Source: an uncultured Candidatus Rokubacteria bacterium (GTDB lineage: Bacteria > Methylomirabilota > Methylomirabilia > Rokubacteriales > CSP1-6). From it: 64,000 nucleotides of DNA. The position numbers and the translations under genes were made by a program. The stretch is taken from the NCBI GenBank assembly GCA_963754315.1, contig CAVWFS010000007.1, positions 1 to 64,000 of the forward strand. Reading direction: 5' to 3'. The stretch's first letter is position 1. Every line of letters begins with the position of its first letter. The notes under the pieces are model-generated. The model saw only the letters and a program-made list of their open reading frames with translations. It did not search any database and was not told where the DNA came from. Shown here piece after piece: positions 10,222 to 18,810 of this stretch.

Positions 10222-10713
10222 TCAATTCCACCCCAACGCCTTGATGCGCTGTAGCAAGAGACTTCGTTCAAGATCCTCGTGATGGGTGGTGGCGTTCTCC
10301 TGTTCCACGGCCAACTGCGGCGCATCGTCATCGGCGGCGATGCCGGCCAATTGGTTCAACACGCGCAATAGCTCCGCCTCGGTGACCTCGCAGACGATGG
10401 GGGCGTGCGGCGGCCCAGGCGTGTGCTCGACGAACGGGGCCGCCTCGCGAATCTCTCGGTACCCACGGAACTCGACCGGTCGCTCCGTATACTCGGTATG
10501 TGCCCGGCCTACTTGCAGCACCCAGCACGTCTTGCATCTGGTGCAGGCGCCGTAGTAGTGCTCCCACCGACCTCCGCGAAACGGGCCATTGTCACGCGCT
10601 GCCCTGAGCGCCTCGACGAACATTGCGTCTCCGAACTCACCGCATTCGGGGCAACGCCTGTAGACTTCTTTTCGTTCGCGGGATTTGGTGTGGCGTGTGG
10701 TTGGTTCCGGCAT
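10222..10713 (-). CDS. Zn-ribbon-like hypothetical protein, may extend to ~10060 via a frameshift
   Basis: CPEC...CTRC pairs. The alternative frame continues VELKLDADARYAIRMAF. Confidence 0.55.
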   Translation of the reverse strand: MPEPTTRHTKSRERKEVYRRCPECGEFGDAMFVEALRAARDNGPFRGGRWEHYYGACTRCKTCWVLQVGRAHTEYTERPVEFRGYREIREAAPFVEHTPGPPHAPIVCEVTEAELLRVLNQLAGIAADDDAPQLAVEQENATTHHEDLERSLLLQRIKALGWN

Positions 10714-10830
10714 GACGCATCTCCTCGTGGGGACATTCGGGTGCGTTGCGGGGTTCATAGCGTGCTATGACATGCAGGGCCGCGGCGCGGATGGCCCGCG
10801 GCGGAACCTCGTTCACGGAGTAAATGGCCA

Positions 10831-11565
10831 TCACGCACGCTTCCGGCGCTTGGCGAATTCTTCATCGGCCATACGGGTGAGTTCGGCGCCGCTCTTGTGT
10901 GGGGAGACGTTGGCGTAGTGGGCGTAGATGTCCTGCCATTCGGGGTTGGTCTGGTTCGATCCGTCCCCATTGACAGAGTCAATAGGTGCGAACCCTTCAG
11001 GCGAACGGCGCCCAGGCTGACGGGCCGGGCGCGGCTCTCGGCTCTCGGCTCTCGGATCTCTGTTTTCTGCTCTCGGCTCTCTGCTCTCCGGTACTACCCT
11101 AGCCCCTTGCCTAGCCCATGGCACAAGGAACTCCGCGTGATCTTTACGAAACCGCTTCACAACTTTGGAGCGTTTTGGAAGCCGCGAGAGGCACCACAGC
11201 ACGCCTTTGCGCGTGTTGTCGGACCGTTTGCCAGGATCAGTTCTGAATTGATCGCGGAAATAGAGCAGATCGGCGTCGCGGAGAACGAAGGATCGGGCGG
11301 GGGTGGGCCGGGTTTCTAGCTCCCGCAAGAGTGTTTCGAGTTCGTCACGGGTGAGGGCTTTGTCGGCGGCCGCGAAGTCCGCCATGATCGCCTCCGGGGA
11401 GAGCGGGACGATCCCCGCTTGCGTGCTGAGACTGCCCGTCATCAAACAGAACAGCAGATGGCGGGCGTCCCGGCTCAAGGTCTTCACATCCGGCTCCCGC
11501 CAGATCTGGGAGTAGACATAGGTGTAGCGGCCGTCAAAGCGGCGCCGCCGATCCCCGCGTCTCAT
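10831..11565 (-). CDS. phage replication initiator/replisome-organiser-like protein
   Basis: RYTYVYSQIWREPDVKTLSRDARHLLFCLMT resembles the N-terminal domain of phage Rep proteins. Internal heptamer repeats. Confidence 0.6.
   Translation of the reverse strand: MRRGDRRRRFDGRYTYVYSQIWREPDVKTLSRDARHLLFCLMTGSLSTQAGIVPLSPEAIMADFAAADKALTRDELETLLRELETRPTPARSFVLRDADLLYFRDQFRTDPGKRSDNTRKGVLWCLSRLPKRSKVVKRFRKDHAEFLVPWARQGARVVPESREPRAENRDPRAESREPRPARQPGRRSPEGFAPIDSVNGDGSNQTNPEWQDIYAHYANVSPHKSGAELTRMADEEFAKRRKRA
11034..11089. repeat. 8 tandem heptamers (GCTCTCG consensus) inside the rep-like gene
   Basis: gctctcg gctctcg gctctcg gatctct gttttct gctctcg gctctct gctctcc. Confidence 0.8.
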
Positions 11566-11789
11566 CGCCTGGGCCGCCGGCGGTATTCGATGGCGTAGGC
11601 TTTCGTCAATGCGTCGCGCTGGCGTTGATTGCCGTTACGAGCGAACGCGGCCATCTTTTCCGCGCACCCCACACACACCTCGTGGGTGATGGGGCCCAGG
11701 GTCCAGAACCAGCGGATCATCTCCTCCGCGATCCACGTATCGCAGCCGCCACAGCGGGCCGCGTTCAGCCGCGGGGGAAACCGATTCAC
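11562..11789 (-). CDS. small CxxC/CxxC protein
   Basis: CGGC...CVGC. Start/stop overlaps with both neighbours. Confidence 0.6.
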   Translation of the reverse strand: MNRFPPRLNAARCGGCDTWIAEEMIRWFWTLGPITHEVCVGCAEKMAAFARNGNQRQRDALTKAYAIEYRRRPRR

Positions 11790-11941
11790 GCGGCCCCGTC
11801 GTTACGCGCTGCGGAGGGCAGCTGCGGGTATTTCTCGAGGTCTGCCGCGATCAATCGGGCCAGGGCTTCCACGAGGCGCTGCCGATGATCGGCGGACACC
11901 GCCGGCGGCGCCTTCTCGGGGCGCGGGGCGGGTCGATTCAT
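11786..11941 (-). CDS. small hypothetical protein
   Basis: MNRPAPR...RLVEALARLIAADL. ATGA coupling to the upstream HTH gene. Confidence 0.5.
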   Translation of the reverse strand: MNRPAPRPEKAPPAVSADHRQRLVEALARLIAADLEKYPQLPSAARNDGAA

Positions 11942-12183
11942 CCAGCCCCCGATTCTTGGCGGGCGCGGCGCTCTTCCAGCGCCGTCCGGGCTCGTTGGGC
12001 CTGTGCGCGTTGCGCCGCCAGGCGTTCGACGTTCTCCCGGCGCCAGACACGGACACCGGACGGGGTTCGCTGGGCCGGGAGTTTTCCTTCGCGCTCGAGT
12101 TCGTAGATGCGCCTCGCGCCGAGATCGAGAACATCGCTGACATCCGAGAGGAGCATCGGTTGATCGGGGCGGATGTCTGTCAT
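11938..12183 (-). CDS. MerR/AlpA-like HTH DNA-binding protein (excisionase/RDF-like)
   Basis: LLSDVSDVLDLGARRIYELEREGKLPAQRTPSGVRVWRRENVERL. Confidence 0.8.
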   Translation of the reverse strand: MTDIRPDQPMLLSDVSDVLDLGARRIYELEREGKLPAQRTPSGVRVWRRENVERLAAQRAQAQRARTALEERRARQESGAG

Positions 12184-12236
12184 CCCCGATCTTGTCGCAC
12201 AACGGTGGGGGGGTCGACTAGCGGTTCACAAAGAAA

Positions 12237-12273
12237 TATTCATGACACTATTCGTGACCTCTATTCGTGACCT
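12237..12273. promoter_or_regulatory. triple direct repeat TATTCRTGAC, putative operator
   Basis: TATTCATGAC (12237), TATTCGTGAC (12249) and TATTCGTGAC (12262), upstream of the HTH-rep operon. Confidence 0.6.
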
Positions 12274-12667
12274 TCGCCTGCTCCCTCCGCTTTCGGCGGA
12301 GTTCACGACGGTAGCGGATGGCGGTTGTGTAGGAGATCCCGAACAAGGTCATCTGTTCTTCAACGCTCAGGCCGTCTCCCCGTGCGGCGAAGTCGTCGAG
12401 GTCTACCTTGCGTTGGCCCCCCGGCCGGCGACGGGGAGCAACGGCCGCGGCGGTCGGTGTGCCAGGCGATCGCGTGGGCGCGGTGGGCGGCGTCTCGAGC
12501 CAGCGCCGTGGGAACATCCCCGACGCGACCATCATCTTCCGCCGGAACCACTCTTCCGCGGTCTGGGGCGGCGGGGGGTTGATCCATTCCCACGGGGGCG
12601 TCGTTGGTGGCGGATTGGTCTTCGGATTGGTCTTCTTCGGGCGGGTCTTCTTTGGACGGCGGGCCAT
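12248..12667 (-). CDS. putative DNA-binding protein (C-terminal HTH-like)
   Basis: GLSVEEQMTLFGISYTTAIRYRRELR. RBS GGAGGAGG. Confidence 0.55.
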   Translation of the reverse strand: MARRPKKTRPKKTNPKTNPPPTTPPWEWINPPPPQTAEEWFRRKMMVASGMFPRRWLETPPTAPTRSPGTPTAAAVAPRRRPGGQRKVDLDDFAARGDGLSVEEQMTLFGISYTTAIRYRRELRRKRREQAKVTNRGHE

Positions 12668-12789
12668 GTGCCTCCTCCCGTTGGAGCCCCGAAAGAAAGA
12701 AAGTTGCGGGCCGGCCGATCGGGTGTCGGCAATTCAGCGCCGTTCATGAGGCGGCGCCTAGCCCGCAACATCGAGAACCGGAGAATACG

Positions 12790-13410
12790 CTACGCGGCCC
12801 GAAACATCCCCGCCATCGTGGGGGTGCGGAAACCGTCACGCCCCCCCGGGGGCACCAATCCTATAGCGCCAACGATCCCGGCCATCAGCCGGCCGTAGGA
12901 CGCCTGCCCGGTCAGGGTGTAGGTGCGCCTGGCCTCGTCGGGGGGTCATCACCAGCCGGCCCACCACGAGCTTTCGGAGAATCTGTCGGGCGGTTTCCGT
13001 CTGGCGGAGTAGGGCGCCGCTCCAGTCGCTCAGCCTGGCCTCGATCCTCTTGGCCAGGTCGCCGTCACCCCAGGCCATGGCCAGGTTGGGCCCGTCGAGG
13101 TGCTCGAGCTGAGCCTGCACCTCGGCCCGTCGTCGCTTTCGCGTCTCGATGGCCTCGAGGATTTCAGGGACGGGCCCTGTGGTCCCGAGAGCATCGGCGT
13201 ACCGCCTCAGCTCGGTCTGGAGCCGCTGGCGCTCGTTCTCGAGGGCCTGGCGCCGTGCGGCGGCCTCGTCGGGGCGCTCCGCTCTCAGCTCGAGGGCGCG
13301 TCTGATGGTCCGCTCGATGATGCGAGGGGAGAGCACGTCGCGCTCGAAGTAGGCCAGCACGTCCCGGTCGAGAGCCTCCATGGGGGCGCTGAGCGCGTTG
13401 CCGCAGATCG
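12790..13410 (-). pseudogene. C-terminal remnant of a second large serine recombinase
   Basis: ICGNALSAPMEALD...ELRRYADAL...SYGRLMAGIVG...LVPPG aligns with the LSR at 2943-4630. Homology stops at ~13410. Frameshift near 12935. Confidence 0.85.
12844..12857. repeat. 14-bp direct repeat, putative att site (right)
   Basis: Identical to 2946-2959. Confidence 0.65.
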
Positions 13411-13820
13411 CTGATGCTCAACCCACATCGACGTTCATGGATAAACTGCACAATGATCTCGCTGTCTGTTTTCTTTCCCCGGAGTGCACCGCGTCACTCC
13501 CATTTGATGTCCAGGTAAAAAGTCTTCTCGATAATGCTCGGTCATATTGGGACGCCAGAGTGGCGAAGGATCACGATACAGCCGAGTCACTCTCGACATG
13601 CTACGACGCTGCCCGAGCCCACGCGCTACGCACCGCGCATGGCCTCGTCACGGGATACCAGATTTCCAGCATCACTATCCTTCTAAACAAGAACGTCGCC
13701 GTGGATAACCTTGCTCGTATTACTCTCCGCATGACCACAGATTCGGGAACGTCAACCGTCACGGAGCTGTGGTACAAGCCTATGGGGAGCTGGGTTCGAC
13801 CGCCTCTAGGGTCAGGATGA
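13410..13820 (+). CDS. hypothetical protein, lower GC, probably 5'-truncated
   Basis: Open frame that begins at the junction where LSR homology ends. Composition shifts there. Confidence 0.45.
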   Translation, partial: ADAQPTSTFMDKLHNDLAVCFLSPECTASLPFDVQVKSLLDNARSYWDARVAKDHDTAESLSTCYDAARAHALRTAHGLVTGYQISSITILLNKNVAVDNLARITLRMTTDSGTSTVTELWYKPMGSWVRPPLGSG

Positions 13821-14095
13821 CGCTTGCCGTGATCGCGGCGGTTATGCCCCTCACCTCCTGCGCTGCCCGACCGGACGCGGTGGTGGCCCTCGTCGAGGCG
13901 CGGGAGACGGGCGTAGAATCCTGTGTCCGCCCGAAAGCCCCGCTGCAAGCGACGCGGGAGGAAGTGATCGCTCATCGCAAAGAGCTGGCCCGCTGGCGAT
14001 TACGCTGTCTGCCGCCGACAGGCGCGTGTCCGGACGAGGGTGACCTCCCCGATGATGCCCCTCCATGCTTCTCTGGCCCTCAGATAAGAATGTAG
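13817..14095 (+). CDS. putative small lipoprotein
   Basis: MTLAVIAAVMPLTSC lipobox-like. ATGA overlap. Confidence 0.45.
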   Translation: MTLAVIAAVMPLTSCAARPDAVVALVEARETGVESCVRPKAPLQATREEVIAHRKELARWRLRCLPPTGACPDEGDLPDDAPPCFSGPQIRM

Positions 14096-14169
14096 TGCGA
14101 TTCCCCGTCTTGCTCACTTTCTCTGTTTGGGCGAGCGTGCGATCGAATCTTCTTCGCAGCAGCCCGGGA

Positions 14170-14456
14170 GCGTGGCCCATGCGCAGCACTTGCTCGGCGA
14201 CCTCGCGACCCATCCCGATCGGTTCGATGCCGAGAGCGGCGAGACCCACTATCGCCAGGCACTGGCGCTCGCCGAGCCGCGCGGCATGCGCCCGCTCGTC
14301 GCCCACTGCCACCTCGGCCTCGGCAAGCTCTACCGGCGCACGGACAAGCGGGAAGAGGCGCAGGAGCACCTCACCACCGCCGCGACGATGTATCGCGAGA
14401 TGGATATGCGGTTCTGGCTCGCGCAGGCCGAGGCGGAGACAGCGGCGCTGGAATGA
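14170..14456 (+). pseudogene. C-terminal TPR fragment of a cyclase/AAA-ATPase family protein
   Basis: HYRQALALAEPRGMRPLVAHCHLGLGKLY...MYREMDMRFWL, with no N-terminal domains. Confidence 0.75.
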
Positions 14457-14489
14457 CGCCGGTGCCCTCCAATGAGAGAGGAGATACCC

Positions 14490-15011
14490 ATGGACGTGCA
14501 AACTGTTGTTGCAAATGCGCTGACCCTCAACACCGACAATTTTGTCAAACCGGCGCTGCAGGGGCTCTCTGATGCCGACATCACGAAGCGCCCTACCGAT
14601 CAGTGCAACTCGATCGGCTGGCTGCTCTGGCATCAGACCCGCGTGGAGGACGCCATTCTCTCCAACGTGAGTGGCCGGCCGCAGGCCTGGATCGAGGGCA
14701 AATGGCATGAGAAGTTTGGCATGCCGGCAAATACCGGCGTTGGGGCTGGCGATACCCTAGAACAGGTGGCGGCCTTCAAGCCCACCGTGGCGAACTTGCA
14801 GGGCTACGCCGATGCGGTCCGGCAGAAAAGTCTCGCGGTGCTAAAAGCCCTTTCGCCGGCCGACCTAGAACGGGAACTCCCGGCGCCAGGTGGTGGCACC
14901 AGAAAGGTGGGCGACTTTCTGGGCATCATCATGATCGATCACTTCCACCACAGCGGCCAGATTGCCTATCTGCGTGGTTATTTGACGGGCAAGGGATGGT
15001 TTCCACGGTAA
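14490..15011 (+). CDS. DinB family protein
   Basis: NSIGWLLWH...ED and HFHHSGQIAYLRG motifs. RBS GAGGAG. Confidence 0.9.
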   Translation: MDVQTVVANALTLNTDNFVKPALQGLSDADITKRPTDQCNSIGWLLWHQTRVEDAILSNVSGRPQAWIEGKWHEKFGMPANTGVGAGDTLEQVAAFKPTVANLQGYADAVRQKSLAVLKALSPADLERELPAPGGGTRKVGDFLGIIMIDHFHHSGQIAYLRGYLTGKGWFPR

Positions 15012-15021
15012 GCCTAACCCT

Positions 15022-15054
15022 CCCCCCTCACCTGTTCGCGGCAGGTGAGGGGGG
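15022..15054 (+). terminator. 13-bp hairpin after the DinB gene
   Basis: CCCCCCTCACCTG-7 nt-CAGGTGAGGGGGG. No clear U-tract. Confidence 0.5.
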
Positions 15055-15115
15055 CGGTCCGTCGCAGCAGCTCTTTTGAGTTTCGGCCGGGAGGGTAGGC
15101 GCGGCCGTCTCGTGC

Positions 15116-15451
15116 GTGAGCTTCGCGTGGGTCCAGCCCGAGTCGTTCATCGCGGAGGAGATCGCGAAGGACCCGACCTCGCCCATCGCGGTAGCGCACG
15201 AGATGGCACGCAAGAACGGGACGACCCCGGGCGCCTTCAACCCTATCTTCGTGGGGCTGGCTCTTCTGGCTGCCCTCGTGATGGTGGCTCTGGATGCGCG
15301 CGATCGGCCTGTACTGGCCTCGGTCGCATACAGTCTCACCGTCTTCGTCATGGTAAGTACTACCTTGGCCCGCATGCCGGCGTTTCGCGCAGTCGGGCTC
15401 TCCTTCGGAGCTACCCTCGTCGTGATTCGCGCCGGGCCAGCGCATCAATGA
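15116..15451 (+). CDS. hypothetical membrane protein or fragment
   Basis: Several hydrophobic segments. Start uncertain. Confidence 0.35.
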   Translation: MSFAWVQPESFIAEEIAKDPTSPIAVAHEMARKNGTTPGAFNPIFVGLALLAALVMVALDARDRPVLASVAYSLTVFVMVSTTLARMPAFRAVGLSFGATLVVIRAGPAHQ

Positions 15452-15670
15452 CGGATCGGACCCGTGAGCACTCCCTCCTCACCACCACCCTCGTCGGCGC
15501 CCTCCTTCCACCCCACGTCCCCGAGGGCCACATGTGGCGAGCGGGTGCAGTTGGCTCCCATGGCTGACACCCTCCTCCGGCCCTGAAGTCTCGCCAGAAG
15601 GCGCACGTGGCTTGTAGGAGGCTCTCGGCTATCATCGCGACACCCACCAAATCCTGAGGAGGAGGCCCTC

Positions 15671-16486
15671 ATGACATCGATTCGCGTGTCGCTGACGATC
15701 GTGTGTGCCCTGATGTTCAGCCTTGCGTTCGCGCTCCCCGTCACCGCCCAGCCCCCCTGCGCGGTATGCGGGGGGGAGGGCAACACTAGGGTGGGGAGCA
15801 ACGCCCTCGTCGTCAACACGGGCTCCCGCAACACCGCCATCGGGAGCGGCGCCCTCAACCACAACACCACGGGCTCCAGCAACACCGCCATCGGGCTCGA
15901 CGCCGGGTTCTTTCTGACGACGGGGACTCACAACATCCACATCGGCAACGTGGGCAACGAAGCCGATGACAACCTCATCCGCATCGGGGCCGTGGGCTTC
16001 CAGACGAGAACCTTCATCGCCGGGATCTTCGGCGCGGATGTGCTCGGCAAGGCGCTGCCGGTTGAGGTGAACAGCCTTGGACAGCTGGGGACCACGATCT
16101 CCTCGCGTCGCGCGAAGGACGACATCCGCGACATGGAAGACGCCAGCGCGGCGCTGGCCAAGCTTCGCCCCGTCACCTTCCGGTACAAAGCGGCGCCCGC
16201 CAGTGGTCCGCGCCCGCTGGAGTACGGCCTGATCGCTGAAGAGGTGGCCGAGATCTACCCCGAGTTGGTTGTGCTCGACAAGGACGGCCAGCCCGCTGGT
16301 GTCCGCTACCACGTCCTGCCTGCCATGCTGCTCAACGAACTGCAGCGGCAGCAGCGGGTGATCGAAACGCAAGCCTCGCGGCTGGCCGAGTACGACGAGC
16401 GCTTCCGCGACCAGACCCGACTCCTCGATGAACTGACCGCGCGGCTCTCGCGTTTGGAGGCGAAGGGCGTCGCAGCGGGACGCTGA
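15671..16486 (+). CDS. secreted protein with NTTG repeats and C-terminal peptidase S74 chaperone domain
   Basis: Signal peptide ...PVTA/QP. ISSRRAKDDI and EYGLIAEEV. Paralog of 8474-9904. RBS GGAGGAGG. Confidence 0.9.
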   Translation: MTSIRVSLTIVCALMFSLAFALPVTAQPPCAVCGGEGNTRVGSNALVVNTGSRNTAIGSGALNHNTTGSSNTAIGLDAGFFLTTGTHNIHIGNVGNEADDNLIRIGAVGFQTRTFIAGIFGADVLGKALPVEVNSLGQLGTTISSRRAKDDIRDMEDASAALAKLRPVTFRYKAAPASGPRPLEYGLIAEEVAEIYPELVVLDKDGQPAGVRYHVLPAMLLNELQRQQRVIETQASRLAEYDERFRDQTRLLDELTARLSRLEAKGVAAGR

Positions 16487-16659
16487 AGAGAACGCCAACG
16501 CGCGTCGGGGAGCCCGTCACCAGCGCTTCCTCGAAGCGAATTATTCTTAGGCTGCTATCGGACCATGACCCGGAGCGAGACGAGCGATCCTGAGAGCACC
16601 CAAGCGCTCCTGGTACGCTTTCACGCAGCGACTTCGCCAATCGGCGATGCTCCATCGGT

Positions 16660-17088
16660 TCATTGCGGGCGCGGGGTCGGGGCTGGTCCCGAGCGTCGGA
16701 GATTGACCCGGCAAGGGCAGCGGAAGCCAGAGCCCTGGCCGGTCGTTATGGGCAGAGTTACTTCTCCGGTCATTTCATCCCCGTCAATCGTCAGCGCGCC
16801 TCTTACCGTAGAAGGTCCGGAGACGGTAAAGGCGAATACCTCGCCATTCACGAGACCCTCGACCCTTCCATTCAGCGTTCCTGAAGGCGTCATCGATGAC
16901 TCGCCCGTGACCCGTGCTCCGTCTTGTTGAAGCGTCCACGAGAAGTTCGCAGGCCCCGACCATTGGAGCGTTCCGTTCCATGTCCCGGAGACGTCCGTCA
17001 GCACGAGCAGGTCGCTCACCCAGTCCCGACGCGTGCAGCCGGCACTGGCCAGGATGAGCAGCCCGACCAGGAGCCACATCTTCGCCAT
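16660..17088 (-). CDS. putative lipoprotein
   Basis: MAKMWLLVGLLILASAGC lipobox. DVSGTWNG...LQQDGARVTG beta-barrel-like. Confidence 0.7.
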   Translation of the reverse strand: MAKMWLLVGLLILASAGCTRRDWVSDLLVLTDVSGTWNGTLQWSGPANFSWTLQQDGARVTGESSMTPSGTLNGRVEGLVNGEVFAFTVSGPSTVRGALTIDGDEMTGEVTLPITTGQGSGFRCPCRVNLRRSGPAPTPRPQ

Positions 17089-17399
17089 GGGTGTGGTGCG
17101 CTCCTCTCGGTGGTACAAGAAGCCAGCCAGCGAGAATTGTAGGGCGCTACGGCGTGGCAGATCAATAATCCCGAGGAAGCGCGGGTTTCTGCCAGGGCGA
17201 GAGAGCGGGGAAATTACTCGCGCCGAGGAGCCCGAGAGCAAATCGCTCCTCGACGCGTTCACGTTGTCAGGGCTACCCCAGGACATAGCCCGACTCGAAA
17301 TCTTTTGTCCTAGCGTCTCCGCAACAGCACTCCTGAACACCCAGGCGAGCGCTTGGGCTAAGCTGATATGGAAGGACCGGCCGTCAAGTGATTTCTGGG

Positions 17400-17690
17400 G
17401 CGGCCCGGCTCGCGTTTGATCGAAGTTCCTGAGGGCACCGACACGCAGGGGATGATGGGGCGGCTTCGACGACGAATCAGGCTGATATGCGCGGGTTGTC
17501 CTGAAAGACAGAGCCGCATGACCGTGGCTCGTCGGGAGCTGCCTCCGGCTAGAAGCGCGAGTCGTCTCGTTCCGGAGAGCGAGCGTCGCATAGTTAGCGC
17601 GAGGACTCTCCTGTCGTGCCCGCATCACGTGCGTGTCGGCGTCGCTCAGGAAGCTGTCAGTCACGCGGGGAGTCTCCCTCCCATTTCAGG
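17400..17690 (-). ncRNA. putative bridge/seek RNA in the 3' non-coding end
   Basis: Nested hairpins. CATATCAG in an internal loop (17482-17489) matches the element end at 17363-17370. Confidence 0.6.
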
Positions 17691-17700
17691 GCCACAGGGG

Positions 17701-18810
17701 TTACGCCGCCTTGGGCCGGCTCTCGTGGCCAGTCATGGCCGCCCAGAGGAAGCCCACGAGCTCACGCGCCACGGCGGCCACGGCGATGGGGGTGCGCTTG
17801 CCGTGGCCGAGCAGGTGACGATAGCGACGATGCAGCCGTTGCTGCGCCCGCGCGGCCTGATCGATGATCGCGCGCGGTTGGCCTTGGCTCCGGCGCGCCA
17901 CCGCGCCGCCCGTGGTGGGCCGGTGCCGATAGTGCCAGGCGGCTTCCACCAGGACTCGCCGCGCATGGCTGTTGCCGGCCTTGGTGAGCGCCCCGCGGCG
18001 CTCCTTGTCCCCCGAGGAATACTCACTGGGCACCAGACCCAGGTAGGCCATGAGCGCGCGCGGGCGGTGGAAGCGCTGGAAGTCCACGATCTCGACCACC
18101 AAGATCATCGCCGACAGCGTGTCGAGGCCGCGGAAGCAGCGCCGCCAGCCCACTGGGGTCCGATAGGGCTCAGTGTCCGCGCGGGCGAGGATCTCCTTGT
18201 CCAGCTCGGCCTGGCGCGCCAGGGCTTGCTCGAGCGCGAACAGCGAGGCGTCGAAGGCGCGCTGCAAGGCGGGCACCGCGAACCCTTGCTCCCGAATCCA
18301 GCGCCAATGGCCTTGAGTCCAGTTCCGCCCGCCGACGTACAGCCGTCCGTGGCGGGCGAGGAGCTTCAGGACCCGCTGGCGCCAGCGCAGCACGTCCCGT
18401 CGGATGTCGTCCCGGCAACGCAGCAGGTCCCGTGCCCCCTCCTCCCTCTCATCGGGCACGTGGATCGGCGTCAGCTCGCCCGCCCGGAACAGCCGCACGA
18501 GCTTGGCGGCATCGCGGCGATCCGTCTTGATCCGCGGCCCGGGGCGCCGGGGGGTCAGGGCGGGGGCCATCACCTGACACGCCACCCCGAGCGCCGTGAT
18601 CGGCCGATAGAGGTCGTACCCCGACACCCCGGCCTCATAGCAGGCCCCCACCGTCCCCTCGCGCGTGAGCCGCTCGAACACGCGGCGGACGTGGTGGGGC
18701 GCGTTGGGGATCTCGCGCAGCTCTGGCTGCGTCGCGTCCGGCCGCAGGATTCCCGCCACGATTTTCCGCTTGCTGTCGTCGAGCGCCACGTACGTAGTAC
18801 CCTTCTCCAT
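17701..18810 (-). CDS. IS110-family recombinase/transposase
   Basis: DEDD residues in VALDD, CYEAG and KTDRRDA. GLVPSEYSSG and KAGN in the C-terminal domain. Confidence 0.95.
   Translation of the reverse strand: MEKGTTYVALDDSKRKIVAGILRPDATQPELREIPNAPHHVRRVFERLTREGTVGACYEAGVSGYDLYRPITALGVACQVMAPALTPRRPGPRIKTDRRDAAKLVRLFRAGELTPIHVPDEREEGARDLLRCRDDIRRDVLRWRQRVLKLLARHGRLYVGGRNWTQGHWRWIREQGFAVPALQRAFDASLFALEQALARQAELDKEILARADTEPYRTPVGWRRCFRGLDTLSAMILVVEIVDFQRFHRPRALMAYLGLVPSEYSSGDKERRGALTKAGNSHARRVLVEAAWHYRHRPTTGGAVARRSQGQPRAIIDQAARAQQRLHRRYRHLLGHGKRTPIAVAAVARELVGFLWAAMTGHESRPKAA

Larger units (their letters stand above)
2946..12857 (-). mobile_element. integrated phage-satellite-like (PICI-like) element with large serine recombinase
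   Basis: Flanked by CCCCGGGGGCACCA at 2946-2959 and 12844-12857. Co-oriented minus-strand genes for HTH, Rep-like protein, TerS-like protein, XRE and LSR. No capsid, portal or TerL seen. Confidence 0.7.

Noticed and set aside
2946..12857. Complete prophage
   Set aside because: No capsid, portal, large terminase, tail or lysis genes recognised.
8590..16360. DGR template/variable repeat pair between the two S74 genes
   Set aside because: Differences are mostly synonymous and not adenine-specific. No reverse transcriptase in the window.
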